Assembly (NCBI GenBank): GCA_050633305.1
Contig: JBOEGF010000018.1
Span: 768,001 to 832,000, forward strand
DNA length: 64,000 nt
Origin: Nannocystales bacterium
GTDB taxonomy: Bacteria > Myxococcota_A > Polyangia > Nannocystales > Nannocystaceae
Direction of reading: 5' to 3'
In this document: positions 28,714-37,456 of the stretch, in pieces
Layout of the letters: the number at the start of each line of letters is the position of its first letter
How positions within the stretch are numbered: position 1 is the first letter of the stretch
Position numbers and translations under genes: made by a program
The notes under the pieces: generated by a model
The model's input: only the letters and a program-made list of their open reading frames with translations
What the model was told of the DNA's origin: nothing
The model's database searches: none

Positions 28714-29712
28714 GTGAGACCCGTGCTCCGCTTCCGCTGGTTCGCTTCGCTCGCCTTCGCTTCACTCGCCGTGGCGGGTTGTAAGAAGGAAGGGCCGTCC
28801 GTTCTCCCCATCTGCAAGGCAGAGGTCGCGGGAAAAAAAGCCGCAGAGGTCGCGTCGGGGTCCATTCCTCCTGAGGTTTGGTTCTCTGTCCTGCTGACGA
28901 ACTTCAATCGCGAGAAGATGCAGCTGAAGCGTCCCGCGGTGGATTGCAGCGGCCGCCCGATCGAGCCTAAAGAGGAGGCTATCGATGCCTGCATCGTGGG
29001 GGACGAGCCCGCAAAGGCGTTGCCGGACCGGCCCCTCACGGAAGACGATCTGATGATTGAGGCGCTCGATGACGGTCGACAGCTCGTGTGGGCGAAGACC
29101 GGGGAGTACGACAACGGGGAGGCCGTGGGTCCGGTCGCGATCACCGAGTGGACCTCCCGTGGCGTGGCGGTCCGAGCCATCGGAACGCTCCGTGCTCAAA
29201 AAGATCGCGCGGCGATTCGGATGGAGGCTGTGGGCGCCGAGCAGATGCTCGTGGTCGAGAGTCGCCACTGCGATCCCGACGACCCGAAGAACTGCTCACG
29301 ACGGATCAGACTGGTTCCGCTCATCGGTGACTCGTTCGCGGAGAAGCGTCTGCAGACCGAAGATGGAGCGTGTATCGGCTCGGCCGAGGTGACGCTCTAC
29401 GAGGAGAAGCTCGTCTCCCTCGACAACGGCATCGAGCGCAAGTTCGAGGTCGCTCGGTCCGTCGAGTTCGAAGAGGGCACCGTCGTGATCAACGAGCAGG
29501 TCACGATCAAGGACAAGGACCCGACCCAGCCCGACCTCCCGGCGAAGCTGTTTCGCCGTGCCAACGTCCAGCGAAGCCTCAACGTGGGAACCGACGCGAT
29601 TGTGACGCAAGGAGGCCTCTGGGAGGACATGCTGTCGAAGCACGGCAGCGTGGTGGTCCAAGAGGCCCCGGCGGACGAAGAGCCCGACGCGGCTGAAGCG
29701 GCGGCTGAGTAG
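28714..29712 (+). CDS. Hypothetical lipoprotein
   Basis: Lipobox-like VAGC after a hydrophobic signal; several Cys; directly after tagH. Confidence 0.7.
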   Translation: MRPVLRFRWFASLAFASLAVAGCKKEGPSVLPICKAEVAGKKAAEVASGSIPPEVWFSVLLTNFNREKMQLKRPAVDCSGRPIEPKEEAIDACIVGDEPAKALPDRPLTEDDLMIEALDDGRQLVWAKTGEYDNGEAVGPVAITEWTSRGVAVRAIGTLRAQKDRAAIRMEAVGAEQMLVVESRHCDPDDPKNCSRRIRLVPLIGDSFAEKRLQTEDGACIGSAEVTLYEEKLVSLDNGIERKFEVARSVEFEEGTVVINEQVTIKDKDPTQPDLPAKLFRRANVQRSLNVGTDAIVTQGGLWEDMLSKHGSVVVQEAPADEEPDAAEAAAE

Positions 29713-29772
29713 TCCTTGGAGTTGTGCCGGAGCGGGCCCACGTCGGGGCAGGCTCCGGCTGTGACCGCGGGC

Positions 29773-30402
29773 TTACTCGATGCCGCGGTTGCGGCGAGTG
29801 CGGGTCTGCGTGCGATCGTTGGTGACCTTCTTGACCTCGAGGGTCATGGTCAAGATCTTGCCGTTGTTCTTTTTGACGAGGTAGACCTCGTTGGCCTCGG
29901 CGAGTGAGGCGAGCTTGCCTTTGCCCAGCTTTCGCTTCTTCCAGACGCACGCACGGTACGTGCGCGGCTTGTCGTAGCCTTCGCGGTCGGGCAACTCGAC
30001 GAGGCGGTAGCGGCCGTCCTCGGTCTCGACAAACTGGTACGCGCACTCCCGCGTCTTGCACGACGCGTCGAACGTGACGAACAGCAGTGGCTTCCCGTTG
30101 AGCTCGTCGATGTCGAGGATGAGGCCGGCCGTGTTGCGGGTGGTGACCTGCTTGTCGACGACCTTGTCGGACTCTTCGGTGATCTTCCGATCGACATTGA
30201 ACGACTCGTCGACGCTCGCCTCGTTGTACAGGGCGATCATCTTTCGCTCGGTGTAGACGCGTAGCGGGGCGATGCCGGCCTCGGTCGTCACTTTCGCGAG
30301 TTCTTTGGGCGACAGCGGGGTGCGTTTCGCACAACCCGCCTGAGCCAAGGTGGCAGCGAGGAGTACGCCAAACGTCAGGGGCGAGAGGCTGAGACCGCGC
30401 AT
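29773..30402 (-). CDS. Hypothetical lipoprotein
   Basis: Signal peptide with QAGC; basic, beta-rich mature part. Confidence 0.65.
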   Translation of the reverse strand: MRGLSLSPLTFGVLLAATLAQAGCAKRTPLSPKELAKVTTEAGIAPLRVYTERKMIALYNEASVDESFNVDRKITEESDKVVDKQVTTRNTAGLILDIDELNGKPLLFVTFDASCKTRECAYQFVETEDGRYRLVELPDREGYDKPRTYRACVWKKRKLGKGKLASLAEANEVYLVKKNNGKILTMTLEVKKVTNDRTQTRTRRNRGIE

Positions 30403-30533
30403 TGTTCGCCCTGTGGACTACCGAATCCACGGTACCAAAGTCAAAAGGAAACGCGTCCGAGCGCAGAATCTGTCCCGAACCCGTCGTTTCCTGGCCCTAT
30501 CGGGGGCAGGAACGCTACAACCGAGCCTCGGGC

Positions 30534-33500
30534 ATGATTCGACTGTCGGTCAGTGAACAGGGCGCGCCGCCGCGGCTGGTGACGTTCGACAAACCCCAGG
30601 TCCATGTCGGCCGGGCCGGGGATTGTGAGCTGTGCATCGGCGGCAAGGGCATCTCGTCGCGGCACTGCCGGTTCACGCAGACCCCTGGCGGCGTTGTCGT
30701 CGAGGACCTTGGCTCGACCAACGGGACGTACGTCAACCGGCAGCCGATTCAGGGCGCTGTCGCCGTGACCGCGCGCGATGAGGTCATCGTCGGCATGTAT
30801 GAGATCCGGTTGCACGAGGTCGCGACCGGGATGAGCGCGGCGCCGCCCGTCTCACACGCTCCGATGGGGCCGGCGGCGGGCGGAAACCGACAGCCGACCG
30901 GCGTGGTGCCGCCCCAGTTCGCTGCACAGGCGATGTCGTCGGGCCCCATGCCGACGCCCTCCGGCGCGATGCCTGCGGTCGCGCCGGCATCAGGACCATC
31001 GGCGGTCTTGAACCCGAGTATCGACCCAGACTGGGCTCGGCAGTGGGAGAAGCTCGACAGCCTCGCGCGCGAATGGATCGCGGCGGGCAAGGACCGCAAG
31101 CGGTTGCTCCGCGGCGGCAAGCTCACACACGCTCGCACGTGGCTGGCATCAGGAAAAGGGAAAGCGCCCGCGCCGAAGCGGGAGCATCGCGACTTCATCT
31201 TCGCGTCCAGTCGGGCCCGTCAGATGCGGATCGTCCGCAACGTCACGCTGGGAGGCCTGGTCGTTTGCGTGGGGGTCGTCGGGGCGATCAAGATCGCGCA
31301 GATCGTCGGAGATGAGGCCGACGAAGGCGGGGACGAGGTCGCCAACGCCGAGCAGACTCCCAACGAGGCCGGCACCCCGAAGGGCAGCGGGGACGAGCGC
31401 GGCTCTCCGCTGGCTCGGCTTGCCGTCACCGCGGCAGCGTCGGCGGAGGAAGGTGGGGATCCCACACTTGCGGTGTTGCTTGCGACAGCGGGCCTCGACG
31501 CCTCCTCCTCCGAGGCCCGAGGAACCGAGGTGGAGCTCGCGTTCCGCTCGTCGATCGGGAAGCTCCAAGGCAAGCCGCTTCGCGGACACGACGACCCGAT
31601 CACCGACGCCGCGTTCAGCGATGACGGGCACTGGTCGATCACCGCCAGCAAGGACGGAAGCGTTCGACTCTGGGACCGGACCGGCGAGTCGCGTCGGCCC
31701 ACCTCGCTTCGCGGTCACAGCCGCGGGGTGCTCGACGTGCTGGTCACGCCAGACAGCAAGTTTCTCTTCACCGCCGGGGAGAACGGCAAGGTCTTGCGTT
31801 GGGACCTCGGCTCGTCCGAAGTGATGAGCAACTATGTCTCGCTCCCGGGCCACTCCACCTCGGTCGGCCACCTCGCGGTCAGCCGGGATGGCAGGTGGCT
31901 TGTCAGCGGGTCAGCGGACGGCAGCGTACGGGTTTGGAACGCCTCGTCACCCGTCCCGAAGTCTCGGAAGTTTCCTGGGCACGACGCGCCGATTCGGGCG
32001 GTCGCGATCGGGGCGGATGGTTCGAGGGTTCTCGCGGCCAGTCAGGACGGGACGGCCTCGGTTTGGAAGGCTTCGGCTGGGGCCCCTGGACGACGGACCG
32101 TGCTCGAGGCGGGGACGGAGGAAGAGCCCGCGCAGATCCTCGACATCGAAATCTCGGCGGATGGGGAGTGGGTGTTGACCGGTCATTCCAACGGCATGGC
32201 GCGGCTGTGGGACCCCTCCCGCCGTATTCCCAAGCTCACCGCACTGACGATGGAGGGCCACGAGGGGGCCGTGTCACAAGTCGCCTTCACGCCCGACTCG
32301 ACGCTGGCGATCACGGCGGGTGACGACAAGAAACTCAGGATCTGGAACCTCGAGGCGAAAGACCCGTCGTTGAGCGCGCCGACCTTCGACCTGCACACGG
32401 CGCGGATCACCGACCTGGTGGCGGTGAGTGACCCGTCCCCGACCGGCCCACGGCGACGACTTGCCGCGACCGCGAGTGAAGATGGCACCGTGCGGACGTG
32501 GAACCTCGAACGCCGCGACCACGAGCAGGACAGCAAGGTGTTCACCGTCGCGGGGGACAAGGCCACGGCCGTTGCGCTCTCGAGCGATGGTCAGGCGATT
32601 CTCGGTGGCGCGAGTTCCGGCGAGGGGACTTTGTGGCCCGCACAGTCGTCCGCACCTCCGGGGGCATCCGCGGTGGGGTGGGGACACTCGAAGCAGGTTC
32701 TGGCGGTCGCGGTGAACACCGTGGGCACGCGGATGGTCAGCGCGAGTGCAGACGGTACGGCCAAGCTGTGGGACCTGACCAAGCCGGGTCGAGCCGGACT
32801 CCTCGCGACGCTGGCGAAAAACACTGGGCAAGTCGTGTCGGTGGCCGTGTCTCCCTCGGGCAAGTTCGTGGCGACGGGCGATAGCAACGGTGCGATTCGC
32901 CTGTGGGACATCACGAAACCCGACCCCGCGGCCGACGCGATGGCGCTCGATCAACATCGCCGCGGCGTGCAGCAGATTCAGTTCACCAAAGACGGAACCC
33001 GTCTCATCTCCCGTTCGAGCGACTCGGTTTGCGTCTGGACGATCGCGCAGGACATCACCAAGACCGTCATCAAGCTCAAGCAGAAGGATGAGCTGGTCGG
33101 TTTTGCAGCGTCGGATGACGGCAAGACCCTGCTGACGGCCGGGGTCAAAGAGTTGCGGTTGTACGACCTCAAAGCCGCGGATGTTCCTGCGAGCGCCAAA
33201 GCCCTTCGTCGTGCGCACAGCCTCGATGTGCTGCGGGTCGGCATCAGTCCTGACGGTCGGTGGGCGGCGTCCTCGGCAAAAGATGCAACGCTCGTGTTGT
33301 GGGACTTGGCCAACGGCGCCAAAGCCTTGGAGATTCTCCTGCACGAGAAGCCGGTCGACGCCATCGCGTTCAGCCCGGATGGCCACTGGCTCGCGACGGG
33401 GAGTCAGGACACGACGATTCGGCTGTGGGACCTACAGAGCAGACAGCCCAACCGACGCAGTGTGAAGGTACTCGAGGGGTCCGAGCAGAGGATCAGCGCA

Positions 33501-33818
33501 TTGCGCTGGAGCGCTGACAGTCGCTATCTCGTCGGCGCGAGCAACGACCAGACGATGCGTGTCTACGACATGCGGCAGGAGGACCCCGCAGCCGGTGCCG
33601 TCATGCTCACCGGACATACCGGTCTGATCAGCGCTATCGACCTCAGTGAGGACGCGACGATCGTCGTCAGCGCTTCGTACGATTTGACGGCTCGGGCGTG
33701 GCCGTTGACCGCGGGCAAGTTGGTGTCCATTGGCTGCGCGCGTGCGGGCCGATCGTTGACGCCCGACGAGTGGTCGCAGGCGTTCGGCGACACGCCCTTC
33801 CGACGCGTCTGCGGGTAG
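30534..33818 (+). CDS. FHA - helical linker - TM - WD40 repeat protein (about 16 repeats)
   Basis: FHA (VGR, SSRH, STNG); TM LGGLVVCVGVVGAI; GH...WD repeats; C-terminal CARAGRSLTPDEW; ATG at 30534. Confidence 0.9.
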   Translation: MIRLSVSEQGAPPRLVTFDKPQVHVGRAGDCELCIGGKGISSRHCRFTQTPGGVVVEDLGSTNGTYVNRQPIQGAVAVTARDEVIVGMYEIRLHEVATGMSAAPPVSHAPMGPAAGGNRQPTGVVPPQFAAQAMSSGPMPTPSGAMPAVAPASGPSAVLNPSIDPDWARQWEKLDSLAREWIAAGKDRKRLLRGGKLTHARTWLASGKGKAPAPKREHRDFIFASSRARQMRIVRNVTLGGLVVCVGVVGAIKIAQIVGDEADEGGDEVANAEQTPNEAGTPKGSGDERGSPLARLAVTAAASAEEGGDPTLAVLLATAGLDASSSEARGTEVELAFRSSIGKLQGKPLRGHDDPITDAAFSDDGHWSITASKDGSVRLWDRTGESRRPTSLRGHSRGVLDVLVTPDSKFLFTAGENGKVLRWDLGSSEVMSNYVSLPGHSTSVGHLAVSRDGRWLVSGSADGSVRVWNASSPVPKSRKFPGHDAPIRAVAIGADGSRVLAASQDGTASVWKASAGAPGRRTVLEAGTEEEPAQILDIEISADGEWVLTGHSNGMARLWDPSRRIPKLTALTMEGHEGAVSQVAFTPDSTLAITAGDDKKLRIWNLEAKDPSLSAPTFDLHTARITDLVAVSDPSPTGPRRRLAATASEDGTVRTWNLERRDHEQDSKVFTVAGDKATAVALSSDGQAILGGASSGEGTLWPAQSSAPPGASAVGWGHSKQVLAVAVNTVGTRMVSASADGTAKLWDLTKPGRAGLLATLAKNTGQVVSVAVSPSGKFVATGDSNGAIRLWDITKPDPAADAMALDQHRRGVQQIQFTKDGTRLISRSSDSVCVWTIAQDITKTVIKLKQKDELVGFAASDDGKTLLTAGVKELRLYDLKAADVPASAKALRRAHSLDVLRVGISPDGRWAASSAKDATLVLWDLANGAKALEILLHEKPVDAIAFSPDGHWLATGSQDTTIRLWDLQSRQPNRRSVKVLEGSEQRISALRWSADSRYLVGASNDQTMRVYDMRQEDPAAGAVMLTGHTGLISAIDLSEDATIVVSASYDLTARAWPLTAGKLVSIGCARAGRSLTPDEWSQAFGDTPFRRVCG

Positions 33819-33826
33819 GCGCAAGA

Positions 33827-33866
33827 AAGCCCCCACAGAACCGCTGGGCGCGATTTGTGGGGGCTT
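33827..33866. terminator. Stem-loop between convergent genes (putative bidirectional terminator)
   Basis: AAGCCCCCACA (33827-33837) / TGTGGGGGCTT (33856-33866), perfect 11-bp inverted repeat. Confidence 0.65.
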
Positions 33867-33886
33867 CGACACACGTTGGCGGTTGT

Positions 33887-35158
33887 CTAGCCGGGTTGCG
33901 TGGTGCTCGACGATTTCGGTGGCGAGATCGCTGACGCGCCCACGCCGAGTCGTTTGACCAGAGCTGGCAAGTCCACATCTCCGGCGGACTTGAGCTGCTC
34001 GAGCAAGCTGGCGACTTGCCCCGCGGTGTCTCCACTTCCATCGCCCACCACCGTCAGCTTGTCGACCTTGACGTTGTCGATCGTCCCAACGAGGAGGCCG
34101 ACCAAGGTCCGGAGTTTCTCCATGACGAAGATCTCGCGAGCGTTGCCTCCTGCGGCGGTCCATGCCTTGGCCAGGTGCTTCATACCGCGAGCGGTGGCTT
34201 CGCCCTCTTCCTTGATCGCGGCCACGCTTGCGCGAGCTTCGGCCTCCTTCTGCGTCTTGTAGGCTTGCGCCGGCGCAACGAGGTCGGCATCCAGCTGGAA
34301 TCGGACCTGCTCGATTCGAGCGGTTTGGACCTGCATCTCTGCACTTGCCCGGGCGATCTGGGCATCGATGGTGCTCTTCTCGCGCGCGACGGTGGCGGCT
34401 CGACGAGTCTGTGCGGCGACGATGCGCTTTTGTGCCTCTGCGTCGGCGAACCCGCGATCGGCTTTGAGCTGGGCGATCTGGGTTCGATACAGGTTCTCCG
34501 CCTCTTGGACCATGGACTTGGCCTTTTGTTCGGCCTCCGCCTTACGGGCGTCTCGGATGAGCTCCGCGCTGGGCACTCGGCCGATCGCGTCGAGGTAACC
34601 GACGTCGTCGGAGACCGTCTGAATCTTGAGGGTGTCCAAGCTCAGGCCCAGTGCCTGCAGGTCGACCTCGGCTTCTTCGATGAGCTCGGCGGCGAACTTC
34701 TCCTTGTCCTCGTTGACCTCTTGTGGCGTCAGCTTGGCGAGGACCCCACGAAGGTTGCCCTCCAGGGTTTCTCGGGCGAGCTGAACGATCTCTTGCTTCG
34801 ACTTGCCCAGCAGGCGCTCGACTGCGTTGTCGAGGCCCGGAGGGTCCCCGTCGATCTTGATGTTGGCGACCCCCTCGATGTTGAGTGGGATGCCGTCTCG
34901 GGAGTACGCCCCCTTGACACCCACGCTCACCACGATGTTCGTGAGGTCCATCGACTCGACCTTCTCGAGCAACGGGATTCGCAGACCGCGACCGCCACGG
35001 ATGGCGCGGTAGCCCACCCGCTGGTCAGCTCGGCGAGCGGGTCCAGAGAAGATCACGACCTCGGAGGGGTCGCAGATGACGAGCAGGCTGTTGATCGACA
35101 AGCCGATCGCAACGAGGGCGACAACGACGACGACGGCAATGATGATGACGGGTTCCAC
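33887..35158 (-). CDS. Flotillin/SPFH family protein
   Basis: N-terminal TM, ARETLEGNLRGVLAKLTPQEVNEDK, AE-rich coiled coil. Confidence 0.92.
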   Translation of the reverse strand: MEPVIIIAVVVVVALVAIGLSINSLLVICDPSEVVIFSGPARRADQRVGYRAIRGGRGLRIPLLEKVESMDLTNIVVSVGVKGAYSRDGIPLNIEGVANIKIDGDPPGLDNAVERLLGKSKQEIVQLARETLEGNLRGVLAKLTPQEVNEDKEKFAAELIEEAEVDLQALGLSLDTLKIQTVSDDVGYLDAIGRVPSAELIRDARKAEAEQKAKSMVQEAENLYRTQIAQLKADRGFADAEAQKRIVAAQTRRAATVAREKSTIDAQIARASAEMQVQTARIEQVRFQLDADLVAPAQAYKTQKEAEARASVAAIKEEGEATARGMKHLAKAWTAAGGNAREIFVMEKLRTLVGLLVGTIDNVKVDKLTVVGDGSGDTAGQVASLLEQLKSAGDVDLPALVKRLGVGASAISPPKSSSTTQPG

Positions 35159-36486
35159 TATCGCACCTGCCCTGTGGGGAGTTGGGGTTTCGAGGGCGGG
35201 GCCGGTCGCCGAAGCGCGGGCGCCTTCTTGGGGGCGGTGAGGATCGAGACCACGTCCACACCGACGGTGTCTCGGATGCGGTCGAAGATCTCCGAGACCA
35301 CGGCCGGGTACGAACCAACGTGGCGGGCGAGGGTCTTGCCGTCACCGCCATCGATCAGATTGACCTCGTTCACGTCGAGACGGTCGGTCACCGCGGCGAC
35401 GTCACCGATGATGCGGTCGATCTGCTGAATCAAGAAAATCTCATTTGCGTCCTCGCCCGCGGTTCGCCACGCAGCGAGCAGCGCGTCGAGGGCTTCGCCC
35501 TGGGCGCGGCCGGTCTCTGCCCGAATCGCCGCATCTCCCGACGCGCGCAACTCCTGGGCGGCACGCCGCTTGTCCGCGGGGACGACCGTCTCAGCCTCGA
35601 GTCTCAGCTTCTCAAGTCGACCTCGGATCTGCTGCAACTCCTGCTCAGCGACGGCTCGTGCTTCGAGTCCCGCAGCGATCGTCCGCTCTTCCTCGGAGGC
35701 GGCTGCAGCGTCGAGTTCTGCCTTGTGCCGCTCGAGGTCGTTGGTCTCTTCGATGATCCGGGCGTGGGACTGCTCGAGTGCGACCTTGCCTCGCATCTCG
35801 GCTGCAGAGACGATCTCATCCGCCTCTCGTTTTGCGTTCGACTCTGCGATCTCGGCGTCCTTGACGACCTCCGCGATCTTGATCCGGCTGATCGAGTCCA
35901 GGTACTGAACCTCGTCGGTCACGTGCTGGATCTTGAAGGTGTCGACGGAGAGCCCCATCTGGCCGAGGTCGTCGGCGACCTCGGACTTGAGGTTGTCAGC
36001 CAGTTTTTGCCGGTCGTGGTTGACCTCCTCCGGGGTCATCAAGGCCAACACTCCACGGAGGGTTCCTTCGAGGGTCTCCTTCGCGACAGAGCGAATCTGG
36101 TCTCGCGGTTTGCCGAGAAACCGCTCGATCGCATGGTGCACCAAGAGGTCGTCGTTGGTGATCTTCACGTTCGCCACCGCGTCGACATTGATCGGGATGT
36201 TCCCCTTGGCGTAGGCGCCTCGGATTCGAATGTCGATGGGCATGATGGTCATGTCCATCGAGTCCACTTTCTCCAGGAGCGGGATGCGAAATGAGCGACC
36301 CCCCCGCACGACACGGAACCCGACGGTGTTGCCGTCGGCCAGCGCGACCTTACGGCCCGAGAAGACCAGGACTTCGTTCGGTTTTCCGATGATCAGGAAG
36401 GTTTTGACGATGGCGATCGCCACGAGAAGCACCGCGAGGGTGCTCCCTGAGATAATGCCAACGTCGATCCATACGTTCGGGTTCAT
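35158..36486 (-). CDS. Flotillin/SPFH family protein (paralog)
   Basis: N-terminal TM, AKETLEGTLRGVLALMTPEEVNHDR, coiled coil; 1-nt overlap with the next gene. Confidence 0.92.
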   Translation of the reverse strand: MNPNVWIDVGIISGSTLAVLLVAIAIVKTFLIIGKPNEVLVFSGRKVALADGNTVGFRVVRGGRSFRIPLLEKVDSMDMTIMPIDIRIRGAYAKGNIPINVDAVANVKITNDDLLVHHAIERFLGKPRDQIRSVAKETLEGTLRGVLALMTPEEVNHDRQKLADNLKSEVADDLGQMGLSVDTFKIQHVTDEVQYLDSISRIKIAEVVKDAEIAESNAKREADEIVSAAEMRGKVALEQSHARIIEETNDLERHKAELDAAAASEEERTIAAGLEARAVAEQELQQIRGRLEKLRLEAETVVPADKRRAAQELRASGDAAIRAETGRAQGEALDALLAAWRTAGEDANEIFLIQQIDRIIGDVAAVTDRLDVNEVNLIDGGDGKTLARHVGSYPAVVSEIFDRIRDTVGVDVVSILTAPKKAPALRRPAPPSKPQLPTGQVR

Positions 36487-37152
36487 TCATTCCTCCGTGC
36501 TGTAAAGGTTTTGTTCGGGCTCGATCTGTGCGCGTCCGTCTTCGTCGATCCCCAACACCAGCACGCGCGCGCCGGAGGGAAGTGCCCGAGGTTCGGGCGA
36601 GACCGCGAGCATGGTGCGCTCTCGCCCCTGGACTTGGAGCCGGATGCGGGTCACGCCGCCCTCTCGAAGGGGGAGTTCGAGTTCACCCGTGCTGCCGCTG
36701 TAGTCGCCGATGCGCACCGACTCGCCAACGGGGCGACGGAGCCAGCGAACCATCCACGCGCTCGCCGTGCCGACGCTGACCCCGGTCGCGCCACTCATCG
36801 CAGCGACCAACACGGCACCAACGCTGGTGAACTGGGTCAGCAAGGCTCCGGTCAGGCCGAAGAACGCGGAGCCAAACGTCCAGAAACGAAACGACAGCAT
36901 CGGGAGCCACAGCTTGCGCTTGCGAGGTCCCAGTCCGTGGCTCGCATCGGCGACGGTGAGGGCATGCTCTGCATCGAACTCGCCTCCGACACCAGGGCTG
37001 AGTTCCGCGACGTCGGCACCAACATCGAGGCTGCCCTCGAGGTCAGCATCCGAATCGAGGTCGGCGTCGACGTCCTTGCCGATGGCTCCAAGCGTAGAGA
37101 GACCGACGAATACCCCGCCAACGACGAGACAGCTCAGATACAGAGTCAGCAT
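36487..37152 (-). CDS. NfeD/YuaF-like membrane protein
   Basis: Three hydrophobic segments, acidic loop, SFRFWTFGSAFFGLTG, C-terminal OB-fold-like segment; abuts the flotillin gene. Confidence 0.8.
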   Translation of the reverse strand: MLTLYLSCLVVGGVFVGLSTLGAIGKDVDADLDSDADLEGSLDVGADVAELSPGVGGEFDAEHALTVADASHGLGPRKRKLWLPMLSFRFWTFGSAFFGLTGALLTQFTSVGAVLVAAMSGATGVSVGTASAWMVRWLRRPVGESVRIGDYSGSTGELELPLREGGVTRIRLQVQGRERTMLAVSPEPRALPSGARVLVLGIDEDGRAQIEPEQNLYSTEE

Positions 37153-37456
37153 GGGCGAACTAGAGACGATGCGATGCCAACCGAACAGAGGCCTGCGCTA
37201 TTGCAAGCTCGTTCCATGAGCGGGCAGGGGCGACGGTAGCACCGCGGTGCACAGCAGCTGACCGGACGACGGGCTCATCCCCTGACGCCTCGCTACAGGC
37301 CTCGGAACGATGCTCAAGCCCCACCGCGGGGTCGTGCCGTGAGGGGGAGCGCTTGGGTGCGAGCGAATCGGGCGAGGTCGGAGCGCACGGAGCCGACCCG
37401 TCGCAGAGGCCCACCTACGGATGCGAGGTACTCACACCCGCTGGGCAGGCCCGCGG

